From NCBI RefSeq assembly GCF_009914755.1, contig NC_060926.1: DNA of 64,000 bases. The stretch is one strand, 5' to 3'. Numbering within the stretch: position 1 is the first letter of the stretch; each line of letters begins with the position of its first letter. Origin of the DNA: the human T2T-CHM13v2.0 reference genome, Homo sapiens. This document shows, one piece after another, positions 14,705 to 37,155 of this stretch. The position numbers and the translations under genes are program-made. A model generated the notes under the pieces. The model did no database searches, had not been told where the DNA came from, and worked only from the letters and a program-made list of their open reading frames with translations.

Positions 14705-14850
14705 GAATATCTGGAGTCTTTACAGTGTTTGGAGTCTGATAAAAGTGACTGGCGAGCAACCAATACAGACTTACTGCTGGCCTATGCTAATCTTATGCTT
14801 CTTACGCTTTCCACTAGAGATGTGCAGGAAAGTAGAGAATTACTGCAAAG
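14705..14850 (+). CDS. RANBP2: RANBP2 exon 6 (146 nt)
   Basis: aaatag|GAATAT ... CAAAG|gtacgt; EYLESLQCLESDKSDW...RELLQ. Confidence 0.95.
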
Positions 14851-15423
14851 GTACGTTGACTTTGAGAAGAATGCTTTAGTATAAATTGCAGTTTTTCTTT
14901 TTGCAGTAAGTTCATTGCTCTAAACTTCTTCACTGAATCATTATTTGTATAATGTACCTAGGAGTTATAGTTAATACAGTGAACAACTAGGAGGCAATCT
15001 TATTTTTCTTCTTTTACGGGGAAGTTCTAATTGGTTTTATATGACTTTCCTTTTTAGAGAACTCTTATAGTTCAAGCTTGATTAAAATTAGCCTTATGGT
15101 TAAATACTCAGTTTTGTCATAGTCAAGCCTAAAATGAATGTTCTAACTGCTATTTCATATTTTATTTTTTAAAATAGTATAATCTTGAGTGAAAATTAAA
15201 GTTCATCTGTCATCAGATGGCTAGGTTCACATGTATTAGTATAAGCACTTAGCATCACTGGTATTTCAGAAAATACTGTTTTAGCTGAGAAACAAAATAA
15301 CTCAACTATGTGATTTACCTTTTTTCCTAAATTTTGATTTTGAAAACCAGTGTCTCCATTTTGAAAATAAATTCCATTGAACAAAAACATCACTTGGATT
15401 TGTATAAAGATGTTAGTTTAGAG

Positions 15424-15632
15424 CAGGGGTTGATTAGAACTTGTGGGCCAAATATGGCCCCTGCCTAATTTTGTTAATATTTATTGGAATGCAGCATGCC
15501 TCTGTTTATGTATTGTCTGTGGCTGCTTACATACTACAAGGTTGGAGTTGAGTGGTTGCAGCAGAGATTGTATGCCTGTAAAGCCAGATTAGTATTCTCC
15601 TCCTTTTTGTAGAAAAAGTTTACTGATTGCTA
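15424..15632. mobile_element. MER58-like hAT MITE
   Basis: caggggttg...gggccaaatatggccc...gagttgagtggttgcagcagaga...gaaaaagttt resembles the recalled MER58A consensus. Confidence 0.65.
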
Positions 15633-15886
15633 GTTTAGGCTGTCCATGTGGAAGTTAATTTATTTCCCCATCTGGTATAAGGAAAGAAGTTCATTTCACT
15701 GAGTGCAGGGAGTAGGTAATTTTCTTGAAAAAGTACATAAAAGTACCTAAATTGGTAGGGTAAGAGCAGTATCTAAAAGAACTAACATAACTTTAAGATT
15801 ATTTTAGAAAACATGTAGGATGTTTTATTTTGTATTCTTTGTATACTCAAATTTTTGGTCACAAGTTCCTTTTACATTTTTGTTAA

Positions 15887-17124
<1,238 letters not shown>

Positions 17125-17229
17125 TGTATGTGGGTTATTTCTATCAGTGTTTATTACATTAGAAATTAAAACAAAAAATGTAATCCATTAAAAATGTAAG
17201 AAGCTCTATTGTGTGTTAATAATAATAGC

Positions 17230-18600
<1,371 letters not shown>

Positions 18601-19089
18601 GGCAGACTATTTTAAACGCTGTAATGATCTATATAGTAAAAAGAGCAATTACTGTATTGATACGCAAATACCTGTCAGTTATTTACTTATAATTTGGAAA
18701 TGGTATGTCTAATTTGAGAAATTACAACTGTTAATTAAATAATGAAATTATATGATCAGGAAGAAACTACAAAATAGTCTCCCAACTTTATCCTGGTTTA
18801 TTTTGAAATGTGCACCTATAATCACTGATCTTATATTTATCCTGTGATTGGAGGGCTGGAAATAACTGGGAATATCATTTGAGAGGTTAAGCATGAAGTA
18901 TAGGAAGTATGCAGGATAAAAAAAAGCATTAGATGATTCATAATTTATAACATGGGGAATAAGAATTATTAGTTGAATGTGGAAGATGAAGCTTGAAATA
19001 AAATTTTTATTTTGTTTTGAATTAAATAAACCATGATTATTCACAGTGCAGTAAGTGTGTATTATCTGTTTGATATTTTCATATTACAG

Positions 19090-19282
19090 TTTTGATAGTG
19101 CTCTTCAGTCTGTGAAATCTTTGGGTGGAAATGATGAACTGTCAGCTACTTTCTTAGAAATGAAAGGACATTTCTACATGCATGCTGGTTCTCTGCTTTT
19201 GAAGATGGGTCAGCATAGTAGTAATGTTCAATGGCGAGCTCTTTCTGAGCTGGCTGCATTGTGCTATCTCATAGCATTTCAG
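19090..19282 (+). CDS. RANBP2: RANBP2 exon 7 (193 nt)
   Basis: ttacag|TTTTGAT ... TTTCAG|gtaagt; FDSALQSVKSLGG...YLIAFQ. Confidence 0.96.
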
Positions 19283-19783
19283 GTAAGTCTTCCACTTGTA
19301 GGAGCAATTGACATTTCACTGAGTCTTGATGTGTTTGAAATGAAGGTGTGCTCTGGTATGTAATGACAATATGTGAACAAACCTGTGGAATTAAAGTTGA
19401 AATAGTCAATTTGATACAGTGGAAAATAACTAAGCATACACAATACTGGTGAGGCTGGTGAAACAGGGATGTTGAATGCACTCTTGTTGAAAGCCTGCAT
19501 TGCCATGATTTGTTTGTAGACAAATTTGAAGAGTTTGATCTTTTTACTCTGCCATTTTTGGGAACATGATAAAGATGTAATCTCGTATTATGGGTAAAGC
19601 TTGATTCAGAAAGATGTGTTACTTGGACAAAATCTTAATAAGTAGATGTAGGGCAATGGCTTTATAGCCTATGATAGAAGAATATGATTGCAATTTAACA
19701 TGTTAATTGAAACACATGTATATAACATTTATGACTGTATTGTGTATATGTAACAGTATATCTATTAATCTTTGAAAACATAA

Positions 19784-22176
<2,393 letters not shown>

Positions 22177-22706
22177 ACTGTGAACTTTTAATAATAAAAA
22201 GTTAGTTTCCCTCTTAATCCATTCACTCAGGTCTCCTTTCCTAGATGACAACTACTGTTAGGAGTTTCTTGGGTGTTCAGAAATATTTTTTGCATATGCA
22301 AATGTGCAATACATTCTTTCTCTGCTTTTAAAAAATATTGTGCCTCAATGTGGGTGTGCTTTACCTATTGCCAGATGCCTTGCTTTTCTAAATGTTTCTT
22401 CATTGTTCCACTTCAGCACAGAGATACCTACTTCAGTCTTTATTAACTACCACATATTTCTGTAGAATGAATATATAATAGAAACATCTTAGATGCTTGT
22501 ATTTTATTTTATCAGTTTATTTTAAAGCTTAATGATCAAATGATTATAAGCATAAAATGTAGGTTATGTGCTGGCATTTGGGTATTTAAGAATTGGCTAA
22601 CTTTTATGGCAAGATTTTCAGACTCTTAATCAGAGGAATACTGTGGTTCTAGTAAGTGCATCTGCATTGCAGCTAGGTAGTTAACAAAGTATCTTGAAAC
22701 CTTTTA

Positions 22707-23081
<375 letters not shown>

Positions 23082-24502
23082 TCAACTGTTGAATAATTTT
23101 GTAAAAGAGGCCGGGTTTATGAATTGAGGTCAGTTTCAAAACAAAAAGAATGATGTCAACATTTTGTTTCTTATTTTGTGTGCTCTTTTCAACATATAGA
23201 TGACAAAGGGCTTTGACATGATGTTTAGAAAACTTGTGAGTAAAAGGATAGGCAATATGAATATTTCTAAAATTCAAAATCAGAAGCTTTTAGGTTCATA
23301 AATCATATATTTTGAAAAATGAACATGTTTGGAAAGAATTATATATACATGGTTTAAAATTCTGGCGGCTCTTAAGAATATGCTATGAAGACTCCTTTCT
23401 GTTCCCTAGTTATTTACTTTCTCCACCTCCAAAGAAACTAATGTTATTGCTTTCTTGTGTGTTCTTCAGGAAATGTTTTATGCATCTCCAAGTAAACACA
23501 TATATATCTCCTGTCTTTAAAAGAAGGAGGAAAACATTTGAACATTGCATTTACTTTATTTCCATTAACTGTATCTTGGAGATGTTTCCATGTCAGTATA
23601 TATAAAGGGCATTCTCATTAGTTTGGATGCTTGCATATTATTCCATTGTATGGATGTACTGTAGTTTTGGAGTTTTTAAAACCAGGGTCCTAAAACCAGG
23701 ACATTAGCTGGCTTTTACTTTTTTTTTTTTTTAATGCTACTTCAAGTAATTTAGCAATGATTAACTTGTGCCATGAATTCCTGAAAGAATTGCAGTATCA
23801 AAGTATATCTGTGCATTTATAATTTTTAGAGCTGTTGCCAAATATCTAACCCTAAAGAGGTTGTATCAAATTACATTTCCACCACCAATTAAGAAAGTGG
23901 TGATAGAATTAAAAGCCGATGCTCTAGTCACCCATATAGTTACTTTTGGCATGTTTCTAGTAAGTGGGCATTGCCTATGACTGGACGTTTTCAGTGATGG
24001 ACATTCATTACTTTTCAAGATAGCCCAGTGCATCTTTAGGTGGTTTGGCTCTTGGTACTTCCTTATATAGAATAAAAATATTCTTCAAGCCTTCTACCTG
24101 TTGGTCTTGTTTCTTCTTTTGATGATTTCTTTTATAAAATAATTTTAATATTTGAAGGCAGCTGTCACGTCTTCCCTTTGCCATTCTATTCATCATGCTT
24201 TTTTTTTTTCATAGGTTATTGCATGAGGATCTCTTTAATTTCCTGGTTGTCCCATTTATTCCAGTGCTATCCCATATTATCCATACTCTGAAAATGTGTT
24301 ATCTACAATGTGGCATTTCCAAGTGTCATTTCACCTGTACTTTTTAAAGTAGGGTGTCATATCTACTCAAATAGGACAACATCTGCTGTTGTCCTATTTA
24401 TGCAGGGTCGAAAAGTAATGTAATTAAATTTTCCATTTCTCTGAATGTAACATGAATGTGCTTTTAGTAGAAACTAATTTCTCAGAGTTGCTCTGTGTAT
24501 GC

Positions 24503-25197
<695 letters not shown>

Positions 25198-25312
25198 TAA
25201 TGGTTAACTGTTTATTCATTATCAAAAAAAGTACAGTGTAATAGATAAGACCATGTTACTATTAGAAGTATGGGTATCATCAAATTAAGATTTTTGATTC
25301 TAAAATTATTAG

Positions 25313-25400
25313 GTTCCAAGACCAAAGATTAAATTAATAAAAGGTGAAGCTGGACAAAATCTGCTGGAAATGATGGCCTGTGACCGACTGAGCCAATCAG
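25313..25400 (+). CDS. RANBP2: RANBP2 exon 8 (88 nt)
   Basis: tattag|GTTCCA ... CAATCAG|gtaata; VPRPKIKLIKGEAGQNLLEMMACDRLSQS. Confidence 0.95.
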
Positions 25401-26384
25401 GTAATAGTAATATTAAACTAATTTAATTTAAAAAGAAAAAGGAATTTCTGTTAAGGCATATCTTATGATAAAATCTTCATCTGTCCAGGAGATAATTTGT
25501 CAAAATTATTTCTTTTTGCCGTATCAGTTAAGAGCAATAGGTATGGAAGAGATGTGAAAAATAGCACATTCTTTAAAAAAATGAATATTTGATATTGTTT
25601 GTTCCTAGGTGGAGAGGATTTCTTAACTCTTTCTTTATCTGGCTGCTAGAGCCTCTATCCTGAATATTTAGTCACTTCCTGAACTAAGTATAATTATTGG
25701 TTTGCCAACCATTTAACACCAGCTGATTCTAAAAACACTGCTGTGGGGATATAAAGATGAAGAAGATACGGATCTGTCTTAAAGAGCTGAGAGCGTAGGG
25801 AGGAAGATAGAAGATATATACTTACCTTATATTAGGCTCTTGGAATTTGTGGATTTTTTCCCCCATTTTTGGCTTGGGATAAATCCTAAAGGTCTGTTGC
25901 GTATTACCTGTGATTTTGCTAAGATACAAACTTTAAGGTAGTTAGGTGGCCATTGAATCAAGCAGTGAACTGAAGAAACATAATGCTTTCTATAAGGAGC
26001 AGTTTTGATATAAAATTGGATGAATTTTGTAAAGAGCAAGATGTAATATTAAATCAAAGTTATTATAAGCTTTGGTGTATAGTTAGGCTGTTGGCCAGAG
26101 CTCACATTGCTCTTTTATTCCATAGCTCACTTTTTTTTGTGGGAGTTAGGCTTTCAGTCCTTAAAGTGACTTTCTACTTTTTTCCTTTTCTCTTTTCCTT
26201 CTACCCTTGCAGGGCTCTCATAAGTGCCTTTGCGTGGTGTCACAGTTAGATAAAAATTGCCTGTATTTTTTTTAATGTCTTTGATCTGGGCATCCCGAGG
26301 GTGCCTCTGTAAGTGTGCTGAGACACAACTGTGTAGTGGTAACCAAACCTAATTGCCCAGCAGAATTAACTCGAAGGAGGGTTT

Positions 26385-26735
26385 TTAAAAAAAGTTCAAT
26401 TGAAATATAATTCATATACCATACGCTTCACCCATTTAAAGTGTACGGTTCAGTGGCTTTTAGTATGTTCATAGAGTATTACCACTGTCACCACAGTCAG
26501 TTTTAGAAGATTTTCATCACTCCATGAGGAATTCCTTACCTATTAGCAGTTACTTCCCATTTTACCCAAACCTCTCAGCCTTGGCAACTGCTAATCTGTC
26601 TCTGTAGGTTTGCCTCTTCTGAACATTTCACATAAATGGAATCATATAGTATGTGGTCTTTTGTGACTGGCTTCTTTCATTTAGCAAGGTTTTCAAGGTT
26701 CATCTGTGTTATAGCATGTATCAGTACTTTATCCG
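26385..26735 (-). mobile_element. L1M (L1MB-like) 3' fragment
   Basis: ttgaaatataattcatatacc...catttcacataaatggaatcata...tgtgactggcttctttcatttagc. Confidence 0.75.
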
Positions 26736-26752
26736 AGACTATGATTTTTTGA

Positions 26753-29426
<2,674 letters not shown>

Positions 29427-29870
29427 TGCGCAGAACCTTTTCAATATTGACTTTCTTGTAGAAAAACAGATTTCTTTACTGTACCGATGGATTAATATAG
29501 TGGTGTTCCATTGCTTTAATGACTTAAAGGAAAACCCATCGTTTTGGGGTTTCTTATTAGGTTAGGTGTTCTTTATTTGGCTTTTGTCAGTTGATTTTGG
29601 TTTATTGAGTTCTAGTCAGTGTCATTTTTTAAGATGGACTTAAACATTCTTCATCACTACTATTTTTATTAAAATTTCTAGAAATAATCAAGTGAGAATG
29701 CATTTAATAAGAACATGAGATTTTGCCTAACATAGAATTCCCTTCAGCTTTGATATAGAAAAGCAGTTATATAATTAAGATATATATAATGTGAATTGTT
29801 TATGTTGGCAAAACTAATGGCACAAGGAAAAATTTCAAACCCTTAAGCCAATTTTTTAATTTTATTTCAG

Positions 29871-30052
29871 GTGCTATTCGAGCACATAATGGTAGTCTTC
29901 AGCACCTTACTTGGCTTGGCTTACAGTGGAATTCATTGCCTGCTTTACCTGGAATCCGAAAATGGCTAAAACAGCTTTTCCATCATTTGCCCCATGAAAC
30001 CTCAAGGCTTGAAACAAATGCACCTGAATCAATATGTATTTTAGATCTTGAA
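29871..30052 (+). CDS. RANBP2: RANBP2 exon 10 (182 nt)
   Basis: tttcag|GTGCTATT ... CTTGAA|gtaagc; AIRAHNGSLQHLTW...ICILDLE. Confidence 0.96.
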
Positions 30053-30134
30053 GTAAGCAAAGATTTTAACAAATTAAATATTCTGAATTTTGTTTAATTT
30101 TTTTTCTAACTTAACTTTTCCTTAAATAAAACAG

Positions 30135-30310
30135 GTATTTCTCCTTGGAGTAGTATATACCAGCCACTTACAATTAAAGGAGAAATGTAATTCTCACCAC
30201 AGCTCCTATCAGCCGTTATGCCTGCCCCTTCCTGTGTGTAAACAGCTTTGTACAGAAAGACAAAAATCTTGGTGGGATGCGGTTTGTACTCTGATTCACA
30301 GAAAAGCAGT
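30135..30310 (+). CDS. RANBP2: RANBP2 exon 11 (176 nt)
   Basis: aaacag|GTATTT ... GCAGT|gtaagt; VFLLGVVYTSHLQ...LIHRKA. Confidence 0.95.
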
Positions 30311-30477
30311 GTAAGTAGTAAAACAAAAATATTGCTTTCACTTAGTGCGTAGGTTTTACCGGGGATTTAATCCTCATGTGAAGATTTAATTTGTCATGTG
30401 ACCCATTAACATATATGTATGTAAGCCCTGAACTGTGTATTTAGAAAGCAATTTTAGTAAATTGAACTATTTTTTAG

Positions 30478-30601
30478 ACCTGGAAACGTAGCAAAATTGA
30501 GACTTCTAGTTCAGCATGAAATAAACACTCTAAGAGCCCAGGAAAAACATGGCCTTCAACCTGCTCTGCTTGTACATTGGGCAGAATGCCTTCAGAAAAC
30601 G
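30478..30601 (+). CDS. RANBP2: RANBP2 exon 12 (124 nt), ends with Thr585
   Basis: ttttag|ACCTGGA ... AAAACG|gtgagt; PGNVAKLRLLVQHE...ECLQKT. Confidence 0.96.
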
Positions 30602-31097
30602 GTGAGTTTTAAAGTATAAGCATTTTTAAAGAACATTACCTTAATTTTTTAAAATCATGAACTTTTTATTGAAAGTTTTTTTGTTCTGAAAACAGCAGCT
30701 TGGTCACATTATGACAGATGTGTTTTTTATTGCTGCAAAATAGTTAATGTAGTTAAATATAAGCACTTAGAGGAGCAATGCCTGGCACACAGTGAATGTT
30801 ACATATTAGCTGAGCTGTTACTGTTATTCCTTAATAATTAAGTTCTGATAATTATTCAGCCTGAAAATTAAAAAAAAAAATTAGCACAAGGCTTTGTAGG
30901 TAAGACCATTATAGATCTTTCTATATACTTAAGGTGTGTTTTGTGTCACCATGAGGTGTAGATGGTCAGCCTTTTGAACAAACTGACACTACAGAAGAGG
31001 CAGGTTTCAGCTATCTAAAAATGGCAACTGTTAAAAAGTAGTTTGGATTGCTACGTTAGGATGGTATCATTAGAAGCGTTTAAAAGTTGAGTGTAGA

Positions 31098-31429
<332 letters not shown>

Positions 31430-31604
31430 TCACTGGTGTTAAGGTGGTTTAGTTATTACAGTATTTGGAAGTTGAACAAATGACTATTGAGATACCATTT
31501 GGTTTTGACTTGAAATTTTAGCCAGTTCTTTCAACTTGTAAATGAACTTTAGATCTAATCATGCGTGTTCCTTAAAGTTGTGTGCTTTTAACTTTCTTTT
31601 TTAG

Positions 31605-31766
31605 GGCAGCGGTCTTAATTCTTTTTATGATCAACGAGAATACATAGGGAGAAGTGTTCATTATTGGAAGAAAGTTTTGCCATTGTTGAAGATAATAAAA
31701 AAGAAGAACAGTATTCCTGAACCTATTGATCCTCTGTTTAAACATTTTCATAGTGTAGACATTCAG
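31605..31766 (+). CDS. RANBP2: RANBP2 exon 13 (162 nt)
   Basis: ttttag|GGCAGC ... ATTCAG|gtaaca; GSGLNSFYDQREY...HSVDIQ. Confidence 0.96.
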
Positions 31767-32032
31767 GTAACAGAGTTCCTTTATGAATTTATTGGAGATG
31801 GGAATTTCCAGTTTATAAACAAAGACATAGAGCTATACACTGCTTAAATTAATTGCCTTGTTATTTAATGGTAATCTTGTTTTCTAAATTCACTAGCTCT
31901 CACACATAAGATATGACAGAGAAGAATAATGAGATGTTTGTCTCTTAAGATCATATAAAATCTTTGGAAAATCATTTGGGTTTTATATTCTGAGTATAAA
32001 CAATTTGACTAAAAACTATTCTGTGTGTTTAG

Positions 32033-32170
32033 GCATCAGAAATTGTTGAATATGAAGAAGACGCACACATAACTTTTGCTATATTGGATGCAGTAAATGG
32101 AAATATAGAAGATGCTGTGACTGCTTTTGAATCTATAAAAAGTGTTGTTTCTTATTGGAATCTTGCACTG
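32033..32170 (+). CDS. RANBP2: RANBP2 exon 14 (138 nt)
   Basis: gtttag|GCATCA ... GCACTG|gtaagt; ASEIVEYEEDAHITFAI...YWNLAL. Confidence 0.96.
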
Positions 32171-32431
32171 GTAAGTAGATGCAGTACTTGAGCTAAAAGT
32201 TTTATTTATTTATTTATTATTTTTTTAAAAGACGGGGTTTCTCTGTTGGTCGGGCTAGAGTGCAGTGGCACAATCTTGGCTCACTGCAACCTCTGCTTCC
32301 CAGGCTCAAGCGATTCTTGTGCCTCAGCTCCCGAGTAGCTGGGATTACAGGCATGAGCCACCATGCGTGGCCAAGCTAAAAGTTTTTTGTTTTAAAAACC
32401 TAATGATTTCATAAAAGCACTATTTGTATAG

Positions 32432-32578
32432 ATTTTTCACAGGAAGGCAGAAGACATTGAAAATGATGCCCTTTCTCCTGAAGAACAAGAAGAATGCAAA
32501 AATTATCTGAGAAAGACCAGGGACTACCTAATAAAGATTATAGATGACAGTGATTCAAATCTTTCAGTGGTCAAGAAA
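32432..32578 (+). CDS. RANBP2: RANBP2 exon 15 (147 nt)
   Basis: gtatag|ATTTTTCAC ... AAGAAA|gtaagt; IFHRKAEDIEND...LSVVKK. Confidence 0.94.
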
Positions 32579-33511
32579 GTAAGTAGCAGGTTGTTGTATG
32601 TACGTTCTTACTGATAACCCACTGGTCAATGTTTTTGCGTTGGTCTTATATTTTGGTAATTTCAAAAATACTCAGTAATATGTTGTTATTAATGCACAGA
32701 AGGGATATGTGTGTCTAAATGCTTATATTTGCTTGCTTTGTCTTAGGTTTGGTGTGTCTTTTTAAACTTGGGAATCTAGGTATATGCTCTTAAAAAGTAC
32801 TTCTTGGGGAATTAGAAAAGATTTCTAAGATAAGACATTGATTTTGTTATCTTAGCAGTGTAATCAAAACAAATATTATAACCTCAGGACTAATTCTTAA
32901 TGAACTTTGCTGAAATTGAAAGTTGTTGCTGACAACTTAAGAGCATTTCTTCTCATCCTCATCAGCCATTGTGAACGCCCTTGTTTTCTTGCTGTCAGCT
33001 GTTTGAGATTGTCATGATGATGTTAAATTATGTTCAGTCTTCTGAGTGTTTTGTTGATTAATTTGTGTTACTACTCTTTTATTAGGATTTATGTTGTCTG
33101 GTGTATTGTAGCATCTGTATTTCTGTCACCATTGAAAATCAGTTAGAAAACATCAGTAACTTATTTTGTTCACTTGGAAAAGCTTTCCAAGTTAACATTC
33201 CTCTACAATTATCATGGTTAACAGAAGTAATAGAAAGAGCATGGACTTTAGAATCAGAAGATGTTAGATTGTACAACACTTTTCTGTGTTCATGAAGAAA
33301 AAAATATAATAAAGGCAAAAAATAATAATAATACAAAACAACAGAAAAAGAAAAAAGATAATTAAAAAACACTTTCACGTGTATTATTTAAAGTGTAAAG
33401 TGCCTATTAAAGTGGCAAAAATGTAAATAAGATAAAATATATCATTTTAGAGTTTTTACTTTTGGAATTTTTTGCAAATGAAAGCCCTTAATTAATGTCT
33501 TTTATTTTTAG

Positions 33512-33691
33512 TTGCCTGTGCCCCTGGAGTCTGTAAAAGAGATGCTTAATTCAGTCATGCAGGAACTCGAAGACTATAGTGAAGGAGGTCCTCTCTATAA
33601 AAATGGTTCTTTGCGAAATGCAGATTCAGAAATAAAACATTCTACACCGTCTCCTACCAGATATTCACTATCACCAAGTAAAAGTTACAAG
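33512..33691 (+). CDS. RANBP2: RANBP2 exon 16 (180 nt)
   Basis: ttttag|TTGCCT ... TACAAG|gtaaac; LPVPLESVKEML...SPSKSYK. Confidence 0.96.
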
Positions 33692-33782
33692 GTAAACAGG
33701 AAAGAATGGAATCATTTCATTGTGAAATTGTTTCTGTTCTAAGTGTTTTAAATGCTGTTTTGTTATTTTTATTTTTTTTTAG

Positions 33783-33866
33783 TATTCTCCCAAAACACCA
33801 CCTCGATGGGCAGAAGATCAGAATTCTTTACTGAAAATGATTTGCCAACAAGTAGAGGCCATTAAG
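33783..33866 (+). CDS. RANBP2: RANBP2 exon 17 (84 nt)
   Basis: ttttag|TATTCT ... ATTAAG|gtaagt; YSPKTPPRWAEDQNSLLKMICQQVEAIK. Confidence 0.96.
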
Positions 33867-33999
33867 GTAAGTCACTTAATTTCTCTAGCTGTACTTTTTA
33901 TTCCAAGATTCCTTCCCTGGCCACTCTCTCACTTTTTTTCTGAAGCTGGTCAGAATGTCCCCTTGCCATCCAAATAGTATGGCAAGGGGACATTTTGGT

Positions 34000-34630
<631 letters not shown>

Positions 34631-36621
34631 CTTTACCGTATTTTTGAAAGTACTTTATGTGTCTCTCTCTTCATCTTCCACAAAATTTGAGACCTTCAAA
34701 GGTAGAAACTGTTTTATTTAAAATATAAGAGTTCGTGGCACAGAGAAGGTTCCTGAGTGATTGAACTGCTACCATGTACTAATCATACTCTGGTCTATGA
34801 GTTCATTCCCAGATTAGCTGTGGATTACATGTGTTTCAAATGTATAGCTAGGAATTGAAAAGTGGTCTGAGCTTCAAAAAGTCTTACTATATTTTAATAC
34901 TTCCATATGAATTTGACTTCATTATGTAAGGAAATAGTTATGTATATATATCTTATTTTAACAATAGGGTTCAAAGGAGCTTGACTTTTTTGGAATTGGA
35001 AATAAAAGTAGGTTCTTTCATGTTTATCAGGCAAGAACTAAATTACTCATACTGCTAAGGTTACATCAAGGATATGCTGATGTGTGGCGATTATTACAGT
35101 GTGATCAGCAGTATTTGCAACTTAAGAGAATACTGTGTGGTGGGGAAGACATTTTTGAATTTGCACAAAAATTTTGAATGTTAATTCTGTGTAGTCGTGG
35201 CCTATGACAATTACATACAATTTTGACTTAACATACAGGTTTCAGGCTCCCAACATTGTATTCTGTGGAAGTATCGTGGAGCACTAATCCATGAGCTTGA
35301 AAAGCTTGGTACTAGTACTGACTCTGCCATTAATTAATGATCTTGGGCCAGTCACTTCCATTGTGACTGTTTGGCTTCTTATCTTTAAAATGAGAGAATT
35401 ACTGAAGCCAGTTCTCATCACACTGAATGTTAAAAATTACAGTTACAGCAGTGATTGCAAATTCAAAGCTCTGGTGCGGATACCAACAGTGACCATAAAG
35501 TTTTCTAGGTGATTCCACTAGTTTCTTATTGGATGTGTATGTGTAGCATCTGGACTAGGCACTGTAGATGGATGAGTGGGGGAAATTTTATTTAGCTTGA
35601 AAATTGAGATAGTTTTGGACCTCATGGTTAGGTCTTTCTGGGAAATTTTTAATTGAAACACTTGTAGAAAAAGAAAGCAGACATGCTAGATCTGTCCCTG
35701 ACCTCACTTGTTAGAACTGGTCGGATTCCTGGGCTGATACAGAGAAGTTTGAAACTTTTCAAAATTTACCTGTTTTCTGATACCACTACAATTTCTTTGG
35801 AAAAAGAATTTCCTGTTAAGTGTCTGTTTTGTAAGGGGACATTTTGTAGGTTCTAGGGTTGGGTATGGTGCTGTCATTTAGTTTTCTTCAGCAGAGATGA
35901 GGTAGCCACATAGCTACACTAGACGGCATTGTATCTATCTGCCATCTTGTCAAGGCAGCAGAGTTGTGTTAAGAAAACATTTTTGGAGTCAGATCTGGTT
36001 CAAATTCCAGCTGTTATTCCCTGCATCCGTTTCTCTCATTTTAAGATAGGAGCTAATATTGTTTACCTAACAGTGTAGATAGTATAAAAATTAAGAGTTT
36101 AAGTGCATTGGACGTATTATTATATACATAATAAATTCTCTGCAGCTACTACTTTTTTCCCTTTCCTGGTGGAGCATTTGAACATCACCTTGAGAATTAG
36201 TTGTATTTTGTTTCAGCATGGGGTTAAGTGAAAAGCTAATTTGGGGAGGTAACGCGGAATGTCAGGTAGTCCAGATTGCAGTGCAGAAAGAACACACTGA
36301 AAGGATGGTCAGTGTAATGTTAGAGGACTGTGAAAGTTGAGGAAAGAAGTTTAGTTTGTAGATACTTGTTTTTTTGAGCAGGGAATTGTCTTGGCTGGAG
36401 GTGAACGTCAGAAAGGTTAATGTAGGCAAGTGTAGAATGGAAATGAAGGTGTGATCATTTAGGAGGTTATTTGTTTAGGTGAGAGTTAATAAATTAGGTT
36501 TTGTATTAATAAATGAAAATGGGAGCAGATAAATTTTTAACAAATTAAGAATCATATTTTAAAATCAGCACCAGGTACCTAGAACTCACTGGCAAATAGA
36601 AACTTTCAAAAGATATAATCA

Positions 36622-36924
<303 letters not shown>

Positions 36925-37019
36925 TTATTTAAATTTAAAAGAGTAAGTTTCCCCAGCACTGTTTCTGTCATGATATAATTAAATGTTTAAAATTATTTGA
37001 TTTTTTTTTCTTCCAATAG

Positions 37020-37155
37020 AAAGAAATGCAGGAGTTGAAACTAAATAGCAGTAACTCAGCATCCCCTCATCGTTGGCCCACAGAGAATTATGGACCAGAC
37101 TCAGTGCCTGATGGATATCAGGGGTCACAGACATTTCATGGGGCTCCACTAACAG
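37020..37155 (+). CDS. RANBP2: RANBP2 exon 18 (136 nt)
   Basis: caatag|AAAGAAATG ... CTAACAG|gtgagc; KEMQELKLNSS...HGAPLT. Confidence 0.95.
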
